This document shows positions 17,486 to 25,614 of a stretch of 49,691 nucleotides of DNA, piece after piece. Below the pieces are notes generated by a model that saw nothing but the letters and a program-made list of their open reading frames with translations, was not told the DNA's origin and searched no databases. The stretch comes from Acidimicrobiales bacterium. GTDB taxonomy: Bacteria; Actinomycetota; Acidimicrobiia; Acidimicrobiales; VFJN01. The first letter of the stretch is position 1, and each line of letters opens with the position of its first letter. The position numbers and the translations under genes were made by a program. The stretch is from contig JBKJIL010000136.1 of NCBI GenBank assembly GCA_046598435.1, forward strand, positions 1-49,691, written 5' to 3'.

Positions 17486-19195
17486 ATGCCCATCCCCACG
17501 TCCCTCCTCAGCGGCGAGCCGCCGGCCGACCTCGACCTCGCGGTCACCGCGGGCACCTGGCCCGCCGATCTCACCGGCGAGATGGTCATCAGCAGCCCGC
17601 AGCCGGACCCGAACCTGCCGCACGGCTTCTTCGGCTTCGGCGTGATGAACCGCCTCTCGCTCCAACCGGGCCTGCACGGCGCGCCGGCCGGCACGCTCGC
17701 CTGGCGGTCACGGCTGATCGACTCGCCGTCGCGCCGCCTCTACGAGCGCCGGCCCGACGTGTTCGAGGCTGGGGCCACCGGCTACACCACCCCGCTCGGC
17801 CCGCCCAACATGGCCAACACCGCCCCGCTCCCCTGGGGTGACCGTCTCTTCGCGACGTGGGACGTGGGTCGCCCCAGCGAGCTCGACCCGGTGACGCTCG
17901 GCTGGCTCGGCGATGTCGGCACGATCGACGCGTGGGGCGGCCAGAGCCTCGAGCTCGGCTCGGTGTTCCCGTTCCTCTTCACCTCGGCCCACCCTGTGGT
18001 CGACCCGGAACGCGGCTGCCTCTGGACGGTGAAGCTCGTCCCCGACCTCGCCAACGGCTTCGCCCAGGCGCCCACCATCGTCCGCTGGGACGGCGACGGC
18101 ACGCAGGTGAGGTGCTGGCCCATCGAGGGCGCGTCGGTCGCGGGATCGATGCACACGATCAGCCAGACCCAGCACTGGCTGATCATGTCCGACTCCGGGA
18201 ACTTCAAGGCCGACCCGGCCGCCATCTTCGGCGGCGAGAAGTCGGTGTCGATCGATGACGAGATCAGCCTCTACCTCGTGCGCAAGGACGAGATCGATGC
18301 CACGCCACCCGGCCAGCCCGTCACCGCGGTGCCGTTCCGCATGGGCCCGCCCCCCGGCCACTACTACGGCGTGTGGGACGACGCCGCGGGCGTGCGGGTG
18401 CTCTTCGAGCACATGGACATGCTCGACCTCGGCTTTCCGATCAGCGGCGCCGACCTCGACCGCAACGGCCACCCCGTCGATCCGGGCGTCGTGGGCTGGT
18501 ACTCGATGGGCCTGAGCACCGAGACGATCTCGGAGGCCACCCTCGACCCGACCAGCCGCAAGCTCACCGACCTCGTGTCGGTGAACGCCGACTGGTCATG
18601 GAACCTGCAGCTCTCCGCCATGGACTGGAGCACCGAGGGCATCTCGGCGCCGACGCTGCACCACGCCGCCTACCACGGCTGCCGCCCCGGTGGCATCACC
18701 CGTCGGGCGCTCGACTTCTACGCCGACCGGATCGACGAGTCGGCCATCCCCACCGAGGACACGCCTGGGGTGCTGGTGAGCTTCGAACGGGGCTCGCTCG
18801 AGGAGAAGGGTCGCTGGGAGTACCCCGACACGAGCGACTTCATCACCTCCCCCACCTTCGCCCCCCGCCTCGCTCCTGGCGGCCGCTACGCCGGCCCCAA
18901 CCCCGGCGGTCACGACGGCTACGTGGTGCTGCCCGTGCAGAACGACCGCGGCTTTCGCGTAGAGGTGTTCGACGCGAGCAACGTCGGCGCCGGCCCGATC
19001 GCGGTGGCATCGGCGCCCCGCGGCCAGACCGTCCCTGCGCTGCTCCACGCGGCGTGGCTGCACCGCGCCGCCGACGCCGTCGACAGCGAGCGGATGTCGT
19101 TCGGCAGCGAGCTGCGCGACGACGTGCTCGCATCCCTGGACCCCGAGCTCGCGCAGGTCACACGTCAGATCGCCGCCGACCTCGCCGGGGCCTGA
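17486..19195 (+). CDS. carotenoid cleavage oxygenase family protein, long divergent paralog (CCO-3, 569 aa)
   Basis: Candidate His motifs are TSAHPVVDPE, SMHTISQTQHWLIMSD, PPGHYYGVW and ALLHAAWL. Also the CCO-like block GHDGYVVLPVQNDRGFRVEVFDASNVGAGPIA. ATG 17486 after GGGAGC. Confidence 0.8.
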   Translation: MPIPTSLLSGEPPADLDLAVTAGTWPADLTGEMVISSPQPDPNLPHGFFGFGVMNRLSLQPGLHGAPAGTLAWRSRLIDSPSRRLYERRPDVFEAGATGYTTPLGPPNMANTAPLPWGDRLFATWDVGRPSELDPVTLGWLGDVGTIDAWGGQSLELGSVFPFLFTSAHPVVDPERGCLWTVKLVPDLANGFAQAPTIVRWDGDGTQVRCWPIEGASVAGSMHTISQTQHWLIMSDSGNFKADPAAIFGGEKSVSIDDEISLYLVRKDEIDATPPGQPVTAVPFRMGPPPGHYYGVWDDAAGVRVLFEHMDMLDLGFPISGADLDRNGHPVDPGVVGWYSMGLSTETISEATLDPTSRKLTDLVSVNADWSWNLQLSAMDWSTEGISAPTLHHAAYHGCRPGGITRRALDFYADRIDESAIPTEDTPGVLVSFERGSLEEKGRWEYPDTSDFITSPTFAPRLAPGGRYAGPNPGGHDGYVVLPVQNDRGFRVEVFDASNVGAGPIAVASAPRGQTVPALLHAAWLHRAADAVDSERMSFGSELRDDVLASLDPELAQVTRQIAADLAGA

Positions 19196-19198
19196 GCC

Positions 19199-19247
19199 GT
19201 TCTCGGGCGCTTTGGTGGGCACCACGCCCACAAGATCGCCCGAGAAC
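19199..19247. terminator. long bipartite hairpin between convergent genes (bidirectional terminator candidate)
   Basis: GTTCTCGGGCG CTT tg GTGGGC ACCAC GCCCAC AAG at CGCCCGAGAAC. The outer stem is a perfect 11 bp and the inner stems are 3 and 6 bp. There is no U-tract. Confidence 0.6.
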
Positions 19248-19270
19248 GCTGAGGCGGGGGGAGCGCGGCC

Positions 19271-20071
19271 TCACGCAGTGAGGTCGTCGAGGTTGGCCCA
19301 CGGCGAGACGACGAACTCGATGGCCCGCCGATACACCAGGGTGTGGAGGGGCACCGGCTCGAGGTAGCCGGCCCAGCGCGTGCCGTCCGCCACGACGACG
19401 TCGGCCGGGGGCACCTCCACCTGGTCGGCATCGGCCAGCCCGGCGTCGTAGAAGGTGCGGTCGCACACCCCGTTGGCCCAGTAGATGGTGTCGTTGGCGG
19501 TGGTCCACTCGGGGGCGCTGGCCACCCGCGCCGAGTCAGCGGCCAGGCGGATCTCGGCGGTGAGGGCGGCCTCGGGCGGGCCCACCACAGTCGTGATCCG
19601 ATCGCCCGCACGGGCGTGCTCTACGCGCGATGCCGGCGTCATCACGTCGATCGGGTCCATCGAGCGCGTGCTCGAGCGAGCGTCGACGATGAGGTAGCGG
19701 GGCACGCCGTCGGGATCGGCCACGTACACCGACCACTCGGCCCGCAGACCGTTGGTGATGCCGGACACCCGGTACACGTTGAGCGTCAGCAGGTGCTCGG
19801 GCTCGTCACCGGCCAAGCAGCGGATGGGTGCCAGCCTGAAGCCCGAGGGCAGCCGGAGGTCGGCCAGGAGCCGGTCGCGCTCCTCTGCTCGGATGCGGAA
19901 CACGAAGTACACCGAGGGCGGGTCGGCCTCCACGGTGAAGCGCACGAGTGGCGCCTCCCGGCCGAGCGCGATCATCACGGCCGAGCGCATCGCCAGCTGG
20001 GAGTACAGGAAGCGCCGCAGGGCGCGCCGGCCACGCAGGCCGCGCCGGGAGACCGAGTGCCAAGAGGACAT
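19271..20071 (-). CDS. hypothetical protein (266 aa), no family recognised
   Basis: Coherent ORF with protein-like composition (LTLNVYRVSGITNGLRAEWSVYVADPDGVPRYLIVDARSS...). I chose ATG 20071 because the ORF-track GTG 20086 lies inside operator site 6. Confidence 0.6.
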   Translation of the reverse strand: MSSWHSVSRRGLRGRRALRRFLYSQLAMRSAVMIALGREAPLVRFTVEADPPSVYFVFRIRAEERDRLLADLRLPSGFRLAPIRCLAGDEPEHLLTLNVYRVSGITNGLRAEWSVYVADPDGVPRYLIVDARSSTRSMDPIDVMTPASRVEHARAGDRITTVVGPPEAALTAEIRLAADSARVASAPEWTTANDTIYWANGVCDRTFYDAGLADADQVEVPPADVVVADGTRWAGYLEPVPLHTLVYRRAIEFVVSPWANLDDLTA

Positions 20072-20077
20072 CCGGCG

Positions 20078-20094
20078 AGTTAACACTGTTTACC
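20078..20094. promoter_or_regulatory. operator site 6, AGTTAACACTGTTTACC
   Basis: Read directly, in the divergent gap between the hypothetical gene (20071) and the acyl-CoA synthetase. A -10-like TACGGT (20114-20119) lies 8 nt before ATG 20128. Confidence 0.5.
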
Positions 20095-20127
20095 ACCACA
20101 GCGTCAACGATGGTACGGTCCCGCGCC

Positions 20128-21693
20128 ATGAGCCTGCTGACCCGTGACCTCGCCGCGGCCCGCCCCGACGCTCCTGCGCTGATCGACGACCGCGGCTCGA
20201 TCAGCTGGTCCGAGCTGGATCGCCGGGTCGACCACGTCCGCGCCGCGCTGCGGCATGCCGGACTGGCCGAAGGCGACGTGGTGGCCGTGATGGCCGGCAA
20301 CCAGCGGGAGACCTTCGAGCTGTCGCTGGCCTGCTTGCAGAGCGGGCTGCTCATCGTGCCGGTCAACTGGCACCTCGTCACGCACGAGCTCGACTACATC
20401 CTGCGGGACTCCGCGGCCCGAGCCCTCGTCGTCGATGAGCGCTGGCTCGAGGTGGCAGCTGCGGCCACGATCCCGGAGCACGCCATCGTCATCGGTCCCG
20501 ACGCCCCCAGTGGCTTCGTCACGTGGGACGACTTCCTCGACGGCCCCGACATCGGCCACGACACCGGCCCCGACAGCGCCGGTGCCGGATCCGCTGAGGC
20601 CGTGCGCGGGGGCGTCATGTTCTACACGTCGGGCACCACCGGCCAACCCAAGGGCGTGCGCGGAGCCCTGGCCGTGACCGGTGGGGACGCCGCCATGTGG
20701 CAGCTCCTGGCCAGCTCGGCGTCGATGTTCTCCCTGCCCGCCGAGGGTGCCTGCTTCCTGCTGGCCGGGCCCGTCTACCACTCCGCCCAGTGGGTGTTCT
20801 CCACGTTCTCGCTGCTCTCGGGCGCCACGCTCGTGCTGCAGCACAAGTTCGACCCGCTGGAGATGCTGGCCCTGATCGAGCGCCACCGTGTCACCAACAC
20901 CCACCTCGTCCCCACCCAGTTCAGCCGGCTCCTGCGGCTGTCCGAGGAGGACCGGGCCCGGCACGACCTGTCGAGCCTCGTGGCGGTCCACCACGGTGCG
21001 GCCCCGTGCCCGCCCTCGGTGAAGCGGGCCATGATCGAGTGGTGGGGGCCGATCGTGTCCGAGTACTACGGCGGCACCGAGGGCGGCTTCATCTCCATGA
21101 TCTCGGCCGACGAGTGGCTGGAGCGGCCCGGCAGCGTCGGTCGCATCATGCCGATCGTGGAGGTGTTCGTCACCGATGACGAGGGCCGTCGTCTCGAGCC
21201 GAACCAGCCCGGCCAGCTCTGGTTCAAGAGCCTCATGGGATCGAGCTTCGAGTACCACAACGCGCCCGAGAAGACCGCCAGCGCACACCTCGAACCGGGC
21301 GTCGCCACGCTCGGCGACGTCGGCTACTTCGATGACGACGGGTTCCTGTACCTGTCGGACCGCAAGATCGACATGATCATCTCGGGCGGCGTGAACATCT
21401 ACCCCGCCGAGATCGAGGCGGTGCTCACCGACCACCCCGCCGTCGACGACGCCGCCGTGTTCGGCGTGCCCCACGAGGAGTTCGGGGAGTCCGTGATGGC
21501 GGTGGTCGAGGCGCCTGGCGCGCCCGATGATCTGATCGACCAGCTCACCGCCCTCTGTCGGGAGCGTCTGGCCGGGTTCAAGTGCCCGCGCACGATCGAG
21601 GTCGTGGACGAGCTGCCCCGCTCCGAGGCCGGCAAGCTCCAGAAGCGCGTGCTCCGCGATCCGCACTGGGCCGGCGTCGACCGCGCCATCTGA
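20128..21693 (+). CDS. AMP-dependent acyl-CoA synthetase/ligase
   Basis: AMP-binding motif MFYTSGTTGQPKGV, then GDVGYFDDDGFLYLSDRKIDMIISGGVNIYPAEIE, and a C-terminal GKLQKR. ATG 20110 is an alternative start. Confidence 0.85.
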   Translation: MSLLTRDLAAARPDAPALIDDRGSISWSELDRRVDHVRAALRHAGLAEGDVVAVMAGNQRETFELSLACLQSGLLIVPVNWHLVTHELDYILRDSAARALVVDERWLEVAAAATIPEHAIVIGPDAPSGFVTWDDFLDGPDIGHDTGPDSAGAGSAEAVRGGVMFYTSGTTGQPKGVRGALAVTGGDAAMWQLLASSASMFSLPAEGACFLLAGPVYHSAQWVFSTFSLLSGATLVLQHKFDPLEMLALIERHRVTNTHLVPTQFSRLLRLSEEDRARHDLSSLVAVHHGAAPCPPSVKRAMIEWWGPIVSEYYGGTEGGFISMISADEWLERPGSVGRIMPIVEVFVTDDEGRRLEPNQPGQLWFKSLMGSSFEYHNAPEKTASAHLEPGVATLGDVGYFDDDGFLYLSDRKIDMIISGGVNIYPAEIEAVLTDHPAVDDAAVFGVPHEEFGESVMAVVEAPGAPDDLIDQLTALCRERLAGFKCPRTIEVVDELPRSEAGKLQKRVLRDPHWAGVDRAI

Positions 21694-21768
21694 CGCGCTG
21701 GTCCGGTCGCGCCGAGCTCACCCAGATGGTGAGAACGGGGCGAACCGCGCTGAACAGGAAGAACCCGA

Positions 21769-24741
21769 GTGGGTGCCGAACCTGGCGGGGTGAACCAACT
21801 CTCGAGGCACCCCCGCATCGTCGGCGCCCTGGCCTGTCTGCTGCTCCTGTCCGGGCTCGCGGCCAGCGCCCGCGAGGTGTCGCAGCGACACGACCGCGCC
21901 GCCGCCCAGCCCGCCGGGGCCAACGCCTCTCGGTTCCTCGAGCTGACCGGCGACGGCGCCGGTCCGGAGGCGTCGGTGGAGGTCGATGCTGACGGCGACG
22001 GCGACCCCGAGGTGGCGGCGTCGGTGGATCTGAGCTCCGTGGGTGTGAGCCCCGAGCTCGACGGGGTGCCGCGCACCCCCCAGGGCTGGGCCATCCGGCC
22101 GGCCGGCCAGCAGGTCGATGTGCTCCGCTTCCCGCTCGGGCTGGCTGCGTCACCCGACGGCCGCTCGATGGTCGTGAGCTCGGACAGCGGTGGGGTGCAG
22201 GGCCTGACGGTGATCGACACCGAGTCGCTCGTCAGCGTGCCGGTGCCGGCCGCCAACCTGTTCATGGGACTGGCCGTGACCCCCGACGGTCGCATCTTCG
22301 CCAGCGGGGGCAACGCCGACCGGGTGTTCCGGTGGCAGCTCGCGGGACCGGCGGCCGTCCCCCTCGACGCCACTGGCGGCCAGCCCCTCCCCATCCACAA
22401 CGGGTTCGGGGGCGCGTTCGCCCAGCTCGGCCTTCCCACGTCGCAGCCGGTGGGCGACGGCATCGTGGTGGGTGGCTACCCCGGGGCGCTGGTCCTCGAC
22501 GGCACCACGCTGTACGTCGCCGGCACCCTGAGCGAGCCATCGGACCCGAAGCACCCCTGCCCGAGCCGGCAGCCTGCCTGCGCGCGGGTCAGCATCGTGG
22601 ACACCGAGGCGGGCACGGTGACCAACCGCGTTCCCGTGGGCCTCGATGCCTTCGGGCTCGCCCTCGACAGCCGACGACACCGGCTCTACGTCACCAACTG
22701 GGCCGACGAGGCGGGCCGAGGGGGACGCTCGGGGGGCACCGTGTCGGTGATCGACGTCACCGATCCGGCCACCGCTCGTGAGGTGGCCAGCGTGGGTGTG
22801 GGTCACCACCCCTCCGCGCTGCAGCTCTCCGCCGACGGCAGTCGCCTGTTCGTTGCCGACACCAACGACGACACCATCACCGTGCTCGACGTCTCGGGCG
22901 CCCAGCCGACGGTTCGGGCGGTCGAGTCGGTGGCGCCGATGGCGGGTACCCCGGTGGGCGCGCACCCCGATGCCTTCGCGCTGTCGCCCGACGGGGACAC
23001 GCTCTTCGTGGCCCTGGCCGGCCTCAACGCGGTGGAGCTGCGCGATGGCCGCACGGGCGCTCGGCTCGCGGGCGAGCCCACCTACATCCCGACCGGCTGG
23101 TACCCGTCAGCCCTGGCCGTCTCCGGGGACGCCGACAGCTACCGACTATGGGTGGCCAACGCCAAGGGCCTCGGCCCCGGCGCGGGTGGCAACGGGTCCG
23201 TGTTCTTGCAAGGCACGTCATCCAACGGCTCCGTCAGCGCCATCGACCTCCCCGTGTCACCGGCCCAGATCGACCGCTGGTCGGCCAGGGTCCGGGCCAA
23301 CGACCAGCTCGATCGGGTCGCCGCCGACGCGTGCGCCCCGGCCGCGGGCGTGCGGGTCTCGGAGGTGCTGTGCCCGCCCGCCGGACGTCGTTCGCCGATC
23401 CGTCACGTCGTGTACATCGTCACCGAGAACAAGACGTTCGATCAGTACTTCGGCGACATCAACCTCACGGGCGGCAGCGACTTCGACGCCCTTCCCGCCT
23501 TGGCGCTCTACGGGCAGCCCATCACGCCGAACCACCACGCGCTGGCGACGCGCTACAGCCTGGCCGACCGCTTCTTCTCCGACGCCGAGGTCTCGGTCAC
23601 AGGGCACAGCTACACCTCGGGCGCGATCGCCACGGATCACAACGAGCGCACCTGGCCAGCCGACTACGACGAAGGGGTCCGCGGCAACCGCGGGGGCGGC
23701 GATCCGCTGCGGCCCGGCATCGGCGGGGCGGCGGGCGGGCTCATCAGCGAAGCAGAGGACGAGCTCGACGACCCCGAGGGCGGGTACATCTTCGAGGCCT
23801 TCCGGGAGGCCGGGGCCACGCCGCCCAGCGACCACCCCGGCCGGTTGAGCATGGCCATCTACGGGGAGCACACGGCCCGCGAGTCGGGCGACATGAGCGC
23901 GTATGTGGCACCCGGGTGGAAAGACGGCGACCTGCGGTACTTCGACACGTGCCGGGTGGCGCAGCTGATCCACGGGGAGGCCCCGAACGGACCCGTGCCG
24001 GAGGGGCTGCCGAGCGGGCCTGGCGTCCCTGTGGTGGGACCAGCCACGACGAACGACTGCGAGGGGCGGACCCTCCCGCCGCAGTTCACGCTGGCCCACT
24101 GGACCGACGTCCACGCCAGGACCGGGCGAGACGTGATGCCGAGCCTGCTGTACCTCAGCCTGCCGGTGAACCACACGTTCGGCGCCAACCTGGGCAGCCC
24201 CACGCCCCAGTCGATGGTGGCCGACAACGACGTCGCCATCGGGACGCTCGTCGATGCGCTGTCGCACAGCCCGTTCTGGGCCAGCACCGCCGTGTTCGTG
24301 ACCGAGGACGACACCCAGGTGGCGGCAGACCACGTCTCGTCGCTGCGGGACTACCTCCAGGTGATCAGCCCATGGGCCAAGCCCGGCGCCAACCACCAGT
24401 GGGGCTCCATGGGCTCGCTGCTGCGCACGATCGAGACGATCTTCGGGATCGAGCCCTTCTCCATCAACGACCGGGTGGCCCTCCCCCAGCACGGCGCCTT
24501 CCTGCGTCGGCTCCGCGACGAGCCCGACCTCGCCCCCTACGACCTCGTGCCCACCGTCGTGCCCTTCGCCGTCAACCAGCCGGGGATCCCCGGCCAGGCG
24601 TTGTCGATGGCCATGGACTTCAGCACCTACGACCGGATCGACGAGTCGACCTTGAACGCCATCCTCTACGCGCTGGGCCGCGGCACCAGCCTCGCCGACG
24701 CGTCAGCGTTCCTGGCCGAGTACGCCGTGAACAACCGTTGA
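21769..24741 (+). CDS. secreted fusion protein: YncE/YVTN-type beta-propeller plus phosphoesterase (phospholipase C / acid phosphatase, PF04185-like) domain, 990 aa
   Basis: Signal-like IVGALACLLLLSGLAASA. Repeated propeller blades (LAASPDGRSMVVSS, LAVTPDGRIFASG, LALDSRRHRLYVTN, LQLSADGSRLFVAD, FALSPDGDTLFVAL). Phosphoesterase signature VVYIVTENKTFDQYFGD and VFVTEDDTQ. AGGAAG lies 8 nt upstream of the GTG. Confidence 0.75.
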   Translation: MGAEPGGVNQLSRHPRIVGALACLLLLSGLAASAREVSQRHDRAAAQPAGANASRFLELTGDGAGPEASVEVDADGDGDPEVAASVDLSSVGVSPELDGVPRTPQGWAIRPAGQQVDVLRFPLGLAASPDGRSMVVSSDSGGVQGLTVIDTESLVSVPVPAANLFMGLAVTPDGRIFASGGNADRVFRWQLAGPAAVPLDATGGQPLPIHNGFGGAFAQLGLPTSQPVGDGIVVGGYPGALVLDGTTLYVAGTLSEPSDPKHPCPSRQPACARVSIVDTEAGTVTNRVPVGLDAFGLALDSRRHRLYVTNWADEAGRGGRSGGTVSVIDVTDPATAREVASVGVGHHPSALQLSADGSRLFVADTNDDTITVLDVSGAQPTVRAVESVAPMAGTPVGAHPDAFALSPDGDTLFVALAGLNAVELRDGRTGARLAGEPTYIPTGWYPSALAVSGDADSYRLWVANAKGLGPGAGGNGSVFLQGTSSNGSVSAIDLPVSPAQIDRWSARVRANDQLDRVAADACAPAAGVRVSEVLCPPAGRRSPIRHVVYIVTENKTFDQYFGDINLTGGSDFDALPALALYGQPITPNHHALATRYSLADRFFSDAEVSVTGHSYTSGAIATDHNERTWPADYDEGVRGNRGGGDPLRPGIGGAAGGLISEAEDELDDPEGGYIFEAFREAGATPPSDHPGRLSMAIYGEHTARESGDMSAYVAPGWKDGDLRYFDTCRVAQLIHGEAPNGPVPEGLPSGPGVPVVGPATTNDCEGRTLPPQFTLAHWTDVHARTGRDVMPSLLYLSLPVNHTFGANLGSPTPQSMVADNDVAIGTLVDALSHSPFWASTAVFVTEDDTQVAADHVSSLRDYLQVISPWAKPGANHQWGSMGSLLRTIETIFGIEPFSINDRVALPQHGAFLRRLRDEPDLAPYDLVPTVVPFAVNQPGIPGQALSMAMDFSTYDRIDESTLNAILYALGRGTSLADASAFLAEYAVNNR

Positions 24742-24883
24742 GCGGCATTCGCACCCCCCGACGCGGGTGCCGCGCGAGGTCGGCGTCGCGCCCTTCGTAG
24801 TGCTCCTTGCCACTGCGACAGCGCGGCGCGACGTTGGCCTCTGGCGTGCCGGGCGACCCCGCTCGCACGCGAGGGGAGGGCAC

Positions 24884-25513
24884 ATGTACTTGTTCACACG
24901 CGCCGGGCGGATGGCGCCCGGTTCGCTCCGGGAGGGCTTCTCGTTCGTCACCGCGATCACGGAGAAGGTCAACCAGGAAACGGGTCTCGACGTGCACACG
25001 TGGGGCGCCAGCATGTCGCCGGAGCTGGGGACGGTCGTGTGGGCAGCCTTCGTCGAGAACCTCGAGGAGCTCGAGGCAGCCGAGGACAAGCTGGCTGTGT
25101 CCGACTCCTACATGGATCTGGCCGAGAAGGGCGCCCAGCTCTTCGTGGGTCCGCTGACCGACGGCTTGGCCACCGTGGTATCGGGGCAGATCGACCGGTC
25201 GGCCCCGCTGCCGTCGTACGTCACCGTCGCACGCGCCGTCGCCGCCAACGGCAGGCTCACCGAGGCGATGACCGCCGGCGTGGAGATCGCCGAGGCGGCC
25301 ACGCGCATCAGTGGTGTGCAGACGTCGTTCCTCGCCGATGCCACAGGTGCCTACGGAGGCTGCCGCTGGAACTCCGGCCACGCCGACATCGCCAGCATGC
25401 AGCGGGCCGAAGCGGCCTTGGCGGCTGATCCCAGCTTCGCCAAGCTCATCGACAAGGTCGGCGGCGTCTACCAGGACGGCGTCACCCAGTCGATGTACCG
25501 CAGGATCATCTGA
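24884..25513 (+). CDS. hypothetical protein built from two homologous ~100-aa modules (possibly a ferredoxin-like Dabb/ABM-type fold)
   Basis: ATG 24884 after GAGGGGAGGG. Repeat 1 (YLFTRAGRMAPGSLRE...VVWAAF...EAAEDKLAVSDSYMDLAEK) aligns with repeat 2 (YVTVARAVAANGRLTE...CRWNSG...QRAEAALAADPSFAKLIDK). Confidence 0.65.
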   Translation: MYLFTRAGRMAPGSLREGFSFVTAITEKVNQETGLDVHTWGASMSPELGTVVWAAFVENLEELEAAEDKLAVSDSYMDLAEKGAQLFVGPLTDGLATVVSGQIDRSAPLPSYVTVARAVAANGRLTEAMTAGVEIAEAATRISGVQTSFLADATGAYGGCRWNSGHADIASMQRAEAALAADPSFAKLIDKVGGVYQDGVTQSMYRRII

Positions 25514-25530
25514 CGGATCTGGGCTGATCT

Positions 25531-25560
25531 GGGCTGAGCCGAGGGTGGTCGGCTCAGCCC
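25531..25560 (+). terminator. perfect 12-bp stem hairpin GGGCTGAGCCGA-GGGTGG-TCGGCTCAGCCC
   Basis: Read directly, 18 nt after the stop at 25513. It is preceded by the tandem GATCTGGGCT GATCTGGGCT. No U-tract, as for many actinobacterial terminators. Confidence 0.65.
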
Positions 25561-25614
25561 ACGCGGCCCGATCCTCAGGGGTTGGCGGCGCAGCGAGCCG
25601 GGAAGGAACGGGGG

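Noticed and set aside
24752-24771. Weak hairpin GCACCC...GGGTGC after the propeller-phosphoesterase gene.
   Set aside because: It has only a 6-bp stem, an 8-nt loop and no U-tract, which is too weak to call.
24882-24898. TGTTCACA half-site at the start codon of the hypothetical gene (ACATGTACTTGTTCACA), and a GTGAACA half-site near 24727 at the end of the propeller-phosphoesterase gene.
   Set aside because: Only one half matches the palindrome in each case, and both overlap coding sequence. They were not counted as operator copies, though a PWM scan could revisit them.
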